Assembly (NCBI GenBank): GCA_965242725.1
Contig: CBDESZ010000027.1
Location: 47,223 to 111,222 of the forward strand
Length of the DNA stretch: 64,000 bases
Source: Alkalispirochaeta sp.
GTDB lineage: Bacteria > Spirochaetota > Spirochaetia > DSM-27196 > Alkalispirochaetaceae
Reading direction: 5' to 3'
Below, piece after piece: positions 9,236 through 18,993 of the stretch; within the stretch, counting starts at the first letter, position 1; each line of letters begins with the position of its first letter. Position numbers and translations under genes: made by a program. The notes beneath the pieces are model-generated. The model saw only the letters and a program-made list of their open reading frames with translations, had not been told where the DNA came from and made no database searches.

Positions 9236-10530
9236 CTGCGGTAGTCCGCGTTTTCACGTACATATTCATAGCTCAAATCGCTGCCGAGCACTCGCTGTTC
9301 CCCCGTCGGGCTCCCCCGGCCAAAGGATACCGTTATGTTGACCGGATCGGTCCATTGGGGACACCCGTGGAAGGTAGGATCAAAGGATGTGGCAAGGAGG
9401 GCATCTGAAAGACGGCGCTCCACGTCGCCGTCCAGGAGAAATGCACCGTCTCGATAGACCAATTCGCCGAGTATGGTAATCGACAGCGTTCGGGGATCCA
9501 CCGTCCCGTCCCGATCAAGGTGATCGAGTGCGTTTCCGACGGCGGCGAGTATTCTCCCGACATTGGGGTCATTGCCGTATATCGCCGTCTTTACCAGGGG
9601 CGAATTGACAATGTGTTTTCCGATATTCCGTGCCAATGTCGCATTGTCCACGCCTGAAACGATGACCTCAATGACGTGGGCGGTCCCTTCGCCGTTTCGC
9701 ACTATGTGTTCCACCAGTTCACGTGCCACGGGCAGGAGCATTGTTTCAAGGTCGTCTTCACTCAATTCGATCCCCGAGGCGCCGTTGGCCATGAGCAGAA
9801 CCATGTCACTGGTACTCTGGTCGCTGTCCACTGAAATTGTATTGAACGTCCCGTCGACGACGCGACGAAAGACGCGATCCATGACGGCGGGGTCCACGAC
9901 GGCATCGGTCATAAAAAAGGCGAGCATCGTCGCCAGATTCGGCTCGATCATCCCCGCCCCTTTGGCGACGCCGGTGAGACAGACGCCGTCTGAGCGGCGC
10001 CACGCCACCTTTGGGTACCGGTCGGTTGTCATGATTCCCTGCGCAAAATCGACGACTCCAGACTGCTGCTGCGGAAGACGCGGGAGCGAGTCGAGAAGTT
10101 CGGGAACGGGGAGTTTCCAGCCTATGATTCCCGTTGAGACTGAAAGCGTCCGCTCCGGGGATATCCCGAAAGTCCGCGCGAGGGAATCCGCGACGGCGCA
10201 TGCATCGGCGTACCCCCTAGGACTTGCGACGTTGGAAATGCGATTATTGACGACCACGCCTGAAATGAATCCCCCGGGAAGACGTTCCCGCGCCAGAAGG
10301 ACCGGTGCACCGGGAAACCTGTTCCGAGTCAACATACCGACGGCCCGCGTCTCTTCGCGGTCACTGACAATCGCGGATACATTCATGCGCAGCTGAGGCG
10401 ATTCCGGACGTTCCCGGGGAGAAAACAGGAATGAATCTGTATAAAAGGTGAACCCTTGGGGAGTATGGCTCCGGTTTTTCAGCTCATTGATGTAACTCTG
10501 GGGATCGCAATGCTCATGAACCATCGCCAA
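9232..10530 (-). CDS. argJ: ArgJ-family glutamate N-acetyltransferase / ornithine acetyltransferase
   Basis: KGAGMIEPNLATMLAFFMTDA contains the ArgJ autoproteolytic ATML site. The length (432 aa) and flanking conserved blocks (DSDQSTSD, NGEGT) also fit. Confidence 0.85.
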   Translation of the reverse strand: MAMVHEHCDPQSYINELKNRSHTPQGFTFYTDSFLFSPRERPESPQLRMNVSAIVSDREETRAVGMLTRNRFPGAPVLLARERLPGGFISGVVVNNRISNVASPRGYADACAVADSLARTFGISPERTLSVSTGIIGWKLPVPELLDSLPRLPQQQSGVVDFAQGIMTTDRYPKVAWRRSDGVCLTGVAKGAGMIEPNLATMLAFFMTDAVVDPAVMDRVFRRVVDGTFNTISVDSDQSTSDMVLLMANGASGIELSEDDLETMLLPVARELVEHIVRNGEGTAHVIEVIVSGVDNATLARNIGKHIVNSPLVKTAIYGNDPNVGRILAAVGNALDHLDRDGTVDPRTLSITILGELVYRDGAFLLDGDVERRLSDALLATSFDPTFHGCPQWTDPVNITVSFGRGSPTGEQRVLGSDLSYEYVRENADYRS

Positions 10531-10587
10531 ACTCTACCGGTGCCGTCCCGGTTGTGCAAGGTGTTTTTCCGCGCTAGAATTTCATAA

Positions 10588-11370
10588 ATGGGACGGACGG
10601 AACGAAACAGCCACGAAACTCCCGGGGAGTTTATTCTCCGCAGAAGCGACGCATTTGCCAGAGAGTTGTCGAAAATCGTCCCCTCTGGACGGGTCTATTA
10701 CATATACAACCCATTTGAATACGCCCGTCCCCCCTGGGCCGCCTATGTACGAAAGTTTGCCGCAACGCCAAAGAAGACCGTATTCATCGGAATGAACCCC
10801 GGCCCGTGGGGCATGGCCCAAACGGGAATCCCCTTTGGAGAGGTCGCAACGGTCAGGGAGTGGCTTCACATTGATGAAGCGGTGGCTCAACCGTCGCGGA
10901 CCCACCCCCGGCGCCCGGTTCTCGGCATGGCGTGTACCCGCAGTGAGGTAAGTGGTCGTCGGTTATGGTCACTCTTTCGGAAGCGGTTCGGTACGGCGGA
11001 ACATTTTTTTACCGACCACATGGTTCTCAACTATTGTCCTTTAGTGTTTCTCGGAGAAAGCGGCGTCAATATCACCCCGGATCGCCTTCCAAAGGGAATG
11101 AGAAGTGTCCTCTTTGAGATATGTGACCGATTCCTCGCAGAGGCACTATCCTCCCTTCAGCCCGAATCGGTCGTCGCCATAGGCGCGTTTGCCGCCAAAC
11201 GGGTTGCAACGGTACGGGAGAACTTCTCCGTTACCCGCATCCTCCACCCGAGCCCGGCGTCCCCTGCGGCAAACAGGGGGTGGGCGGAGACGGCGGAGCG
11301 GCAGCTCACGGAGGCGGGAATCTGGAAGGAAGCGGTCAATCGGGACGCGCCATCTCCCACTGAACCATAA
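10588..11370 (+). CDS. SMUG1-type (family 3) uracil-DNA glycosylase
   Basis: Motifs FIGMNPGPWGMAQTGIPF and ILHPSPASPAANRGW correspond to the SMUG1 GMNPGPFG and HPSPRNPQANKGW motifs. Confidence 0.75.
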   Translation: MGRTERNSHETPGEFILRRSDAFARELSKIVPSGRVYYIYNPFEYARPPWAAYVRKFAATPKKTVFIGMNPGPWGMAQTGIPFGEVATVREWLHIDEAVAQPSRTHPRRPVLGMACTRSEVSGRRLWSLFRKRFGTAEHFFTDHMVLNYCPLVFLGESGVNITPDRLPKGMRSVLFEICDRFLAEALSSLQPESVVAIGAFAAKRVATVRENFSVTRILHPSPASPAANRGWAETAERQLTEAGIWKEAVNRDAPSPTEP

Positions 11371-12437
11371 CCGGAAGGTGATCCGAAACACCTCCCTCTC
11401 TCCAGCTCATCGGCGTCCCGTCGACACCGGCATTCTTTCCGTTCACAACGGTTGAAAACCGGGGATCGCTCAGGACGGGTCCGCTGACCGTATCAGTTGT
11501 GTACATGATGTGGTCAATCCGTTCCCAGCGGTCGCCATACCGGTATGAACCGGGCTCGCCCGTCTCCGCCCACCCGTCGACAAGAACGGTACGGTTGAGA
11601 CGCGTGGCCAACTCCGACGCGTCCTCGGCACTCCCTGCGATGAGAAGGAACTCCTCGGTGCAGCCGGTTTCAAACCACGACGGACCGTTCTCCGTCCCGT
11701 CCTGCCATTCCCGGACGCGACCGGCGGGCATAATGGCCGTTGGATAGGCAAACCGGACCAACTCCCCTTCCCGGCTTTCCTCATTCAGGTCACCGCAGAG
11801 GATGATCGGTGCGTCTTCCCCCAGGGAGGCCAACTCCGCCATGCGCGCCGTCACAAGCCGCGCAGATGCTCGTCGGAGCGCCTCCGTTTCCGGAGCTCCG
11901 CCGCGTTTGCTCTTCCAGTGGTTTACAAAGATCACGATCCCGGTCATGGGGAGGCGGAGATGGACCTCCAGAACGGGGCGCAGTGGCGTATCCATTTCCG
12001 CCCGGGGCAAATGCGTCCTGACCGAGGTTACGGGGTACCGCGACGCAAGGGCGACGCCGACCGCCGCGCCGGGATGGCCGGCAAAGACGCGGTAGGGATA
12101 GGGTACATCCACCACATACCGGTCAAAGAGTTCATCAAGGAGCTCCCCGTTTTCCACCTCCGCCATCGCAATGACGTCAGGCGCCGGGCGGGCGCCGGAG
12201 AGGACGGATCCTATCGCCGGCGAGGCGGTCTTCCGCTTTTTTTGTCGTCCACCCCTCGGCCGGGGTGAATTCGACATACTCCGTACCGTCAACGACGGCA
12301 TCGAAAAGATTTTCAACATTGTAAAAAAGGAGAGTAAAGGACTCCCCCGACGGTTCCAGAACGGTGCACGTGAGGCACAGGAATCCAAAAACCACGGGGA
12401 AGAGAGCCGTGCGGGACCGAAACAGGTTGTTTCTCAT
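11336..12437 (-). pseudogene. secreted endonuclease/exonuclease/phosphatase (EEP) family protein, frameshifted as assembled
   Basis: The N-terminus (signal peptide plus LLFYNVENLFD...WTTKK) is in the 12177-12437 ORF. The rest (KRKTASPAIGSVL...PDVIAMAEVEN...CGDLN...SDHLPV) is in the 11336-12388 ORF. The frames switch at a run of 7 T (A7 in sense) at 12237-12243. Confidence 0.75.
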
Positions 12438-12469
12438 ACCCCCGACACGGCGGGAATTGTCGTCGTGCC

Positions 12470-13093
12470 TTAGGAATCCATCTCCAATTCACTCCGGTGA
12501 TGGATGATTTTGGAAACCAGGCCGTACTCTTTCGCTTCTTCCGCGCTGAGCCAGTAGTCTCGATCGGTATCCTTCTCCACCTGTTCAATGGGTTTCCCCG
12601 TCTCCTCGGCGATGAGCTTGTTGATTCGGCCCCGCATCTTTTCTATCTCCCGTGCGTGAATCTCAATCTCCGTTGCCACACCACGAATCCCCGACAGGGG
12701 CTGGTGAATGAGATAGTGGGAGTTCGGAAATGCATAACGGTGTTCCTTTTTCCCCGCCAGAAGCACCAGCGCCCCGGCGCTGGCGACGAGGCCGATGCCC
12801 ACCATATGGACCTCGGGTGCGATAAACCGAATGGTGTCGAAAATTGCGTATCCCGCATCGGCATCACCGCCGGGAGAATCGATGAAGACGCGAATGGGGT
12901 CGTCACCTTCCTGTTCTAGAATAAGGAGCTGCCGGACAACCCGTTCCGCAAGCTCCTTGTTTATCTCACCGGAAAGGAGGATGGTACGGGTCTTGAGCAT
13001 CTTATCAAGCAGGGGCGGCTGTTCCGGTTTTTTCTCCTCGCCGTTGTTGTCGTCTTCATATGTTACGGTGTCGTTCTTCATAAATATCTCCAA
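12470..13093 (-). CDS. clpP: ATP-dependent Clp protease proteolytic subunit, second paralogue
   Basis: ClpP fold with the triad contexts VASAGA (Ser), LIHQP (His) and DTDRDYW (Asp). It is divergent from the clpP adjacent to clpX at 37978. Confidence 0.85.
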   Translation of the reverse strand: MEIFMKNDTVTYEDDNNGEEKKPEQPPLLDKMLKTRTILLSGEINKELAERVVRQLLILEQEGDDPIRVFIDSPGGDADAGYAIFDTIRFIAPEVHMVGIGLVASAGALVLLAGKKEHRYAFPNSHYLIHQPLSGIRGVATEIEIHAREIEKMRGRINKLIAEETGKPIEQVEKDTDRDYWLSAEEAKEYGLVSKIIHHRSELEMDS

Positions 13094-13141
13094 TCGTCAG
13101 GTAATTATTGTCTTTGTGGGGAGAATATACTATTAAGAGGC

Positions 13142-14047
13142 GTGAACATGCAAAGGAAGAACGTACACAGCGGATTTGCAATCCTCCTGGGCCGTCCGTC
13201 CTCGGGAAAATCGACCCTGGTCAACGCACTCTGCGGACACAAGGTTTCAATAGTCTCATCAATGCCACAGACGACGAGAAACACAATACGCGGCATCGTC
13301 AACCGCCCGGGAGCCCAGATCGTCCTCCTGGACACCCCGGGAATGCACGTCTCCCGACAACGGCTGAATCTGCACCTCAAACGGGTGGTGGAAGAAGCGA
13401 TCCCTGAAGGTGATCTCCTGCTCTACCTCGTGGATCCTACCCGCCCGCCGGGAGAGGAGGAACGGGCCATTGCCGATCTGGCGACCGGCGCATCCGTACC
13501 CGTCATTGTCGTCATCACCAAGACGGATCACCGCGATGCCGATATCGCGGGCACGAAGGAGTTCCTGAATGAGCGGGGACTTTCCGATCGGCCGACGGTC
13601 GAAGTCGGCGGACTCGCAGGGGGAGACTCGCCGGCGGGGCTTGAGGGGCTCATCGATATGATGATCGACATTCTTCCGGAAGGCGACCCGTGGTACCCCG
13701 ACGACTACTACACCGACCAGCCGCCCCGATTCCGAATCGGCGAAATTGTCCGGGAAGCGGCGATCGTCCGTACCCGGGAAGAGGTTCCCCACGCCGTTTT
13801 TGTCGAAGTCGCGGACCTTGAGCAGAATGAAAAACGGATATGGGCACGGGTCTTCATCTTTGTTGAACGGGACTCTCAGCAGGGAATTCTCGTCGGGAAA
13901 AAGGGCTCAACAATCACCGCCATACGGGAAAGTGCTGAGCGGACGCTCTCACAGCTCTTTCCCGTACCGGTACGGCTATCCATTCAGGTAAAAGTACGAC
14001 CCAAATGGCGTCGCGATGAAGAGACGCTGAAATCTCTCATCTGGTAG
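13142..14047 (+). CDS. era: GTPase Era
   Basis: G1 GRPSSGKST, G3 DTPG, G4 TKTD and a C-terminal KH domain (GILVGKKGSTI). Confidence 0.9.
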   Translation: MNMQRKNVHSGFAILLGRPSSGKSTLVNALCGHKVSIVSSMPQTTRNTIRGIVNRPGAQIVLLDTPGMHVSRQRLNLHLKRVVEEAIPEGDLLLYLVDPTRPPGEEERAIADLATGASVPVIVVITKTDHRDADIAGTKEFLNERGLSDRPTVEVGGLAGGDSPAGLEGLIDMMIDILPEGDPWYPDDYYTDQPPRFRIGEIVREAAIVRTREEVPHAVFVEVADLEQNEKRIWARVFIFVERDSQQGILVGKKGSTITAIRESAERTLSQLFPVPVRLSIQVKVRPKWRRDEETLKSLIW

Positions 14048-14768
14048 GCTCCGGGGGAAGCAACTCATCGATGGAGAGGTCTTCCCGTCCGACAAATACG
14101 CGCCGTTCCGGCCGCGTGAAGATACCGTTTTCAAGGACGCCTGGGATTCCGTTTATCAGCCGCTCCAGCTCCGGAGCATCAAATGCGGGCTCATCAAAAT
14201 GAACGTCCAGGATGACATTACCGTTGTCGGTGATCACCGGCCCCGCCTTTCGCTGCGCCATTCTCAGGACCGGATCGCCCCCGAGCAGCCGCAGATCGTG
14301 CTCTACGGGAAGGCGGGCGTCGGGGATGCATTCAACGGGGATGGGAAAGATCGTTCCAAGGTGGTCCGACACCTTGGACTCATCGACGATGACGATCAAC
14401 GTCTGCGCACGGTATTCCACAACCTTTTCCCGGGTAAGTGCTCCTCCACCGCCTTTAATCACATAGAGGGTATTCCGATCCACCTCGTCGGCACCGTCGA
14501 TGGCGATATCCAGAGCGCCGTCGATGTCCGGATCGTTCATCGACCGCAGGGGAATCCCATACCGCTGCGCCTCAAGGGTTGACTCGAAGCTCGTTGGAAC
14601 GGCGACAACCCCCCGGAGCGTACCGGCGGCGACGAGTTCACCGATACGCCGCACCACGTGTATGGCGGTCGAACCCGTTCCCAGTCCGACTTTCATCCCG
14701 TCCCGAACGAATCGCTCTGCGATCGTACGCCCCAGATGTTCCTTAACCGCATCGACGGCCATCCTCAA
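14037..14768 (-). CDS. rpiA: ribose-5-phosphate isomerase A
   Basis: Motifs GLGTGSTA, DGADEVD and KGGGGALTREK. Confidence 0.9.
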   Translation of the reverse strand: MRMAVDAVKEHLGRTIAERFVRDGMKVGLGTGSTAIHVVRRIGELVAAGTLRGVVAVPTSFESTLEAQRYGIPLRSMNDPDIDGALDIAIDGADEVDRNTLYVIKGGGGALTREKVVEYRAQTLIVIVDESKVSDHLGTIFPIPVECIPDARLPVEHDLRLLGGDPVLRMAQRKAGPVITDNGNVILDVHFDEPAFDAPELERLINGIPGVLENGIFTRPERRVFVGREDLSIDELLPPEPTR

Positions 14769-16378
14769 TACCTCTCCAGAATCGCCGTGACCCGCTCCCG
14801 ACCGAGGGTCTTGAGAAACCCGCCCAGACGCGGTCCCTTTTCCTTGCCCACCAGGACAGTGTAGAGAACGGGGAAAAACTCCTTCGGCTCTATTCCCTCG
14901 TTGCGGGCTATTTCATAGATCGCGTTCTGGACGTCCCGGTCACTCTTATCGTCCAACCCCTCCGAGACGGCGCCGTTGAGAGCCCGTATCGCCCGCCGTT
15001 CCGCCTCTCCGACGGGAACGGGCTCGGCCGTCCGGGGATCCACAACGGTGAACCGAAAATCTTCAGGGGCAAACTGCCGTATCCAGTTCCACGCACATTC
15101 GGCACGGTTCCGTGCAATCGCCGTCAAATGGTCGTCAAGGTCACCGAACCCGGGCATGGCGTCGAGGGCGGCATCCCGATCGCCGTCGTGGATAAGCAGG
15201 AGATTGCATAAATGGCGGAAGGGAATCTGCGTCGGCAGCGCCCGCGGCGGAGCACCAACCTGGGAGAGTTCATAAATCCGTCGCTCTTTTTCAGCCCGTT
15301 TCTCATTTACCTCTTCCTGACCGAAGTAAATTCGCTCGCACCGATCGTAATCCTCGTAGATCTTGATGACGTCGAGATCGAATGAGACGGCAAACTCAGT
15401 ATTGGGCCGCGTACCCGCAAAGAGGTAGCGCAACACCTCCGGCTGGTACACCTCCAGCACGTCCCTGAGACTTATGACTTCACCGGTGGAGCTGGACATC
15501 TTCCCGCCCCGTCCCTTGATTCGAATGAAATCGTATTGAAAGGTCACCGGCGCATCCCACCGGTACACCTCTTTTGAGATATGCCGGGCGGTATCGAAAC
15601 TCCCCCCTTCGGAGTGGTGATCCTTTCCCGCCGGCTCAAAATCCACCTCTTCCTCGCGCCAGCGCATCGGCCAGTCGATCCGCCAGGGAAGCTTGGCGTA
15701 TCCCGTCTCGCGAATGTCGATCGTGTCTTCCTGTTCCGACTCTTCACAGTAATAGGTGATGTTCCATTCCCCGTCCCAGGAGATGACCCGGGTAGTGTCG
15801 CGATTTGTAAATCTGCTGAAGACGCTCACCGGCCACCACTCGTCGGGGAGCGGCGAGGTGCGAAAGCGGTTGAGTATCTCCCGAATCGTCTCCCGTGATT
15901 CCAGTGCGGTGCGGATGCCCCGGGCATACCGGGCGGAACGGTACGCTCCGGCCTGGTAAATGTACTCCGGCTCTATTCCCACCCGGCGCAGTTGTCCTTC
16001 CAGTTCTACCTCATTGGCCCGGGCATAACTCTCCTCCACGCCCGCAGGGTCCGGCACGAGGGTAATGGGCCAGCGAAGGTACTTCTCCCACGCCTCCCGA
16101 TCGGGAACGGTGGCGGGAACCTTGCGGAAAACATCATAATCGTCCCAGGAGTAAAGAAAGCGAACGTCCTTTCCGGCGTCGCGGAGCGCCCGGACGACGA
16201 GATCCACCGAGATAATTTCACGGAAATTTCCAACGTGTACCGTTCCGGAGGGGGTGATGCCTGATGCACAGGTGTAGCGCGCTTTTTCGCCCTTTTCGCG
16301 TATGATTTTTGCGGCGTTGATATCCGCCCAATGGGTGCTTTTGCTCATAGACGGGCAGTATACGCGCGGGCGGGTCAA
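14765..16378 (-). CDS. lysK: class I lysyl-tRNA synthetase
   Basis: [17 protein letters not shown] (HIGH-like), KMSSSTGE (KMSKS-like) and a class I LysRS N-terminal pattern. An alternative ATG lies at 16348. Confidence 0.9.
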   Translation of the reverse strand: MTRPRVYCPSMSKSTHWADINAAKIIREKGEKARYTCASGITPSGTVHVGNFREIISVDLVVRALRDAGKDVRFLYSWDDYDVFRKVPATVPDREAWEKYLRWPITLVPDPAGVEESYARANEVELEGQLRRVGIEPEYIYQAGAYRSARYARGIRTALESRETIREILNRFRTSPLPDEWWPVSVFSRFTNRDTTRVISWDGEWNITYYCEESEQEDTIDIRETGYAKLPWRIDWPMRWREEEVDFEPAGKDHHSEGGSFDTARHISKEVYRWDAPVTFQYDFIRIKGRGGKMSSSTGEVISLRDVLEVYQPEVLRYLFAGTRPNTEFAVSFDLDVIKIYEDYDRCERIYFGQEEVNEKRAEKERRIYELSQVGAPPRALPTQIPFRHLCNLLLIHDGDRDAALDAMPGFGDLDDHLTAIARNRAECAWNWIRQFAPEDFRFTVVDPRTAEPVPVGEAERRAIRALNGAVSEGLDDKSDRDVQNAIYEIARNEGIEPKEFFPVLYTVLVGKEKGPRLGGFLKTLGRERVTAILERY

Positions 16379-16451
16379 TTTTCAACGCGAAGGCGCCGAT
16401 AGTGCACATATGCACCTCTCCGTCCCGGTTAATCCCACAGGAGCGCTCCGA

Positions 16452-17108
16452 ATGACCGCCGTGCTGGCGGTACTGATCGTCACCTTTGCGGCGCCGATTG
16501 CGTCGTCTTCTCTCGCCGCAGAGGGACGGAACGACGGGGATCGCCCCGTCCCGCGTCCCACCCGGGTCATTACGACGGAAGGGTATCAGCTGGAAGGTAT
16601 CGCATCGTGGTACGGCGGAAAATTCCAGGGCCGACTCACGGCAAACGGCGAGGTATTCGACACCAATGAACTCACCGCCGCCCACCGTGAACTTCCCTTC
16701 GGTACGACCGTCCGGGTGACAAACACCGATACCGGCGCATCGGTCGTCGTCCGCATCAACGACCGGGGTCCCTTTGTGGACAACAGGGTCATCGACCTGA
16801 GCAGAGCCGCCGCGGACGCGATCGGACTCACCGCAACGGGGGTGGCACCGGTGGTTCTTGAAGTTCTTGAATACCGGCCCGTCTCAACGACGAGGACGAT
16901 TCAGATCGCCTCGTTTGCGAGCAGGCGAACGGCGGAAGAGCTGGCGGGACGACTCAGGGAAAACGGTTTCGCCGCAGCTATCGAATCCGTAACGTCCCCG
17001 GAAGTGCACCGGGTCATCGTGGACGGAGTGGAAGTCGTCGATCTGGAGAATACGAAGGTCCGTCTTGCCTCCCTGGGATTCGACGACGTCCTCGTCCGGC
17101 AGGATTGA
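16452..17108 (+). CDS. rlpA: RlpA-like lytic transglycosylase (DPBB domain) with C-terminal SPOR domain
   Basis: Signal peptide [22 protein letters not shown], the DPBB motif [22 protein letters not shown]...VRINDRGPF, and a SPOR-like C-terminus [19 protein letters not shown]. The track ORF start at 16302 overlaps lysK and is rejected. Confidence 0.8.
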   Translation: MTAVLAVLIVTFAAPIASSSLAAEGRNDGDRPVPRPTRVITTEGYQLEGIASWYGGKFQGRLTANGEVFDTNELTAAHRELPFGTTVRVTNTDTGASVVVRINDRGPFVDNRVIDLSRAAADAIGLTATGVAPVVLEVLEYRPVSTTRTIQIASFASRRTAEELAGRLRENGFAAAIESVTSPEVHRVIVDGVEVVDLENTKVRLASLGFDDVLVRQD

Positions 17109-17151
17109 CAAGGGCGGCAGAATCGGGCATTCTCGGGGTTCATTGAACAGA

Positions 17152-17205
17152 CCGATACGCAATGCGCCCGACACCAAGTGATTCACCGCGTATCGGCCTG
17201 TTTTT
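17152..17205 (+). terminator. possible terminator hairpin after rlpA
   Basis: A 9-bp perfect inverted repeat, CCGATACGC (17152-17160) / GCGTATCGG (17188-17196), is followed by T5 at 17201-17205. The loop is long (27 nt), so confidence is low. Confidence 0.3.
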
Positions 17206-17279
<74 letters not shown>

Positions 17280-17280
17280 T

Positions 17281-18993
17281 GTGACCGCCACACACATTGC
17301 GCCGTGGTGGCAGGACGGCGCGATTTACCATATATACCCGCGAAGTTTTCTCGATACCGACGGTGATGGTTTTGGAGACCTTCCGGGCATCACTGCCCGG
17401 CTTCCCTACATCCGCCGTCTCGGCGTCGATGCAATCTGGATGGGGCCTATCTTTTCCTCACCCCAGATCGACAACGGATATGACATCAGCGACTACCTAA
17501 CCGTTGATCCCCTCTTCGGCACCAACGACGACCTGTACCGCCTCATCGAAGAGGCCCACAGACTGGATATCCGCGTCCTCCTTGACCTAGTTTTCAACCA
17601 TACAAGCGACCGTCATCGGTGGTTTGAGTCGTCCCGGCGGCGGAAAGACGGCTGCGACGATTTCTATATCTGGCGCGATGGTGATCCGTCGCGCCCCGAC
17701 GGACTGCCCAACGACTGGCGCGGTTTTTTCAGCCTCCCCGCGTGGAGTTACGACGCCGAGCGGGGACAATATTATCTGCACCTTTTTGCCCGGGAACAAC
17801 CCGACCTCAACTGGGACAATCCCGCCGTTCGCGCGGCGCTCCGGGAGGTGGCAAATTTCTGGATAGACCGCGGTGTGGACGGCTTCCGCATGGATGTGAT
17901 CAATCTCATTTCAAAGCAGCCCAGTCTTCCGTCTCTGAACGGCGCGTCACCGAGCGGTATCTACCTCGACGGACCGCGTGTACTTGAGTATCTCCAGGAG
18001 TTCCGCAGCGGTCTTCATGACAGGAAAGGGATCGTCCTGGTTGGGGAAACGCCGGGAATCACTCCCGATGCGGCGTCCCGGTACACGTTGCCTGAAAATC
18101 GCGCCCTTGACATGGTCCTCCTCTTTGACCACGTCATGGTCGACCATGGCCCCGAGGGACGATGGGATCCGACGGCGCTGAATCCCCGGGACCTTGCCGC
18201 CACATGTACCCGCTGGCAGCGGGCGATCGCCCCGCCCCGCCATCCCAGCCTCTACATGTCCAACCACGACCAGCCGAGAGTCGTTTCCCGCTATGGAGAC
18301 GACGGTACCTTCCGCTATGAGAGCGCCGTCGCGCTGGCGATGTACTTCTACCTGCAGCGGGGTACACCCATCGTCTATCAGGGCGACGAGATCGCCATGG
18401 CGAATTTTCCCTTTTCCCGGGTTGAGGAAATTGTGGACATTGAGAGTTCCAACGCCTACCGATGGCTCACTGATGAACGCGGCGTGGACGCAGGGTCGGC
18501 GCAGCGGAGGGTCTTCAGGCAGGCCCGGGACAACGGACGGACGCCGATGCAGTGGGACGATTCCCGCCACGCCGGTTTTACCGCCGGAGATTCACCGTGG
18601 TTTCCGGTCAATCCGGACTACACGGAATGGAATGTGAAGTGTCAGAAAGACGGGCGAAGCTCCTCCGTTCTCGACGCCTACCGCAGGCTTCTGTCGGTCC
18701 GGAAAAGCACGCCCGTTCTTCATGGGGGTTCCTACGAGGCGCTTGAATTTGACGCGCCGCCTACGGTCGTCGGCTTTCGCCGCGTCCTTGGCGAGGATGA
18801 GGCGATCATTGTTGTCAACCTGGGATCGGGCGACGCCGCGGTGAGGATTGACCGGGCCGATTGTGACGCCCGCGTTCTTCTATCAAATTATCCGGATCCG
18901 CCTTCCCTCGACGATCTTCATTTGAGGGCGTGGGAGGGCGCGGTGTATTTACTCTCGGGGGACCACCGCACCGGGAGCGCTAATTCTCCCTGA
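17281..18993 (+). CDS. GH13 alpha-glucosidase (oligo-1,6-glucosidase / trehalose-6-phosphate hydrolase type)
   Basis: WWQDGAIYHIYPRSF, DLVFNHTS, GVDGFRMDVINL, VGETPG and SNHDQPR are the four GH13 conserved regions. The GTG start lies 1 nt after the tRNA 3' end. Confidence 0.85.
   Translation: MTATHIAPWWQDGAIYHIYPRSFLDTDGDGFGDLPGITARLPYIRRLGVDAIWMGPIFSSPQIDNGYDISDYLTVDPLFGTNDDLYRLIEEAHRLDIRVLLDLVFNHTSDRHRWFESSRRRKDGCDDFYIWRDGDPSRPDGLPNDWRGFFSLPAWSYDAERGQYYLHLFAREQPDLNWDNPAVRAALREVANFWIDRGVDGFRMDVINLISKQPSLPSLNGASPSGIYLDGPRVLEYLQEFRSGLHDRKGIVLVGETPGITPDAASRYTLPENRALDMVLLFDHVMVDHGPEGRWDPTALNPRDLAATCTRWQRAIAPPRHPSLYMSNHDQPRVVSRYGDDGTFRYESAVALAMYFYLQRGTPIVYQGDEIAMANFPFSRVEEIVDIESSNAYRWLTDERGVDAGSAQRRVFRQARDNGRTPMQWDDSRHAGFTAGDSPWFPVNPDYTEWNVKCQKDGRSSSVLDAYRRLLSVRKSTPVLHGGSYEALEFDAPPTVVGFRRVLGEDEAIIVVNLGSGDAAVRIDRADCDARVLLSNYPDPPSLDDLHLRAWEGAVYLLSGDHRTGSANSP

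Noticed and set aside
12237-12243. Programmed -1/+1 ribosomal frameshift at the A7 tract of the EEP gene.
   Set aside because: There is no downstream stimulatory structure or conserved slippery heptamer context. Five other genes show similar breaks at G, C and T runs, which argues for a common technical or mutational cause.
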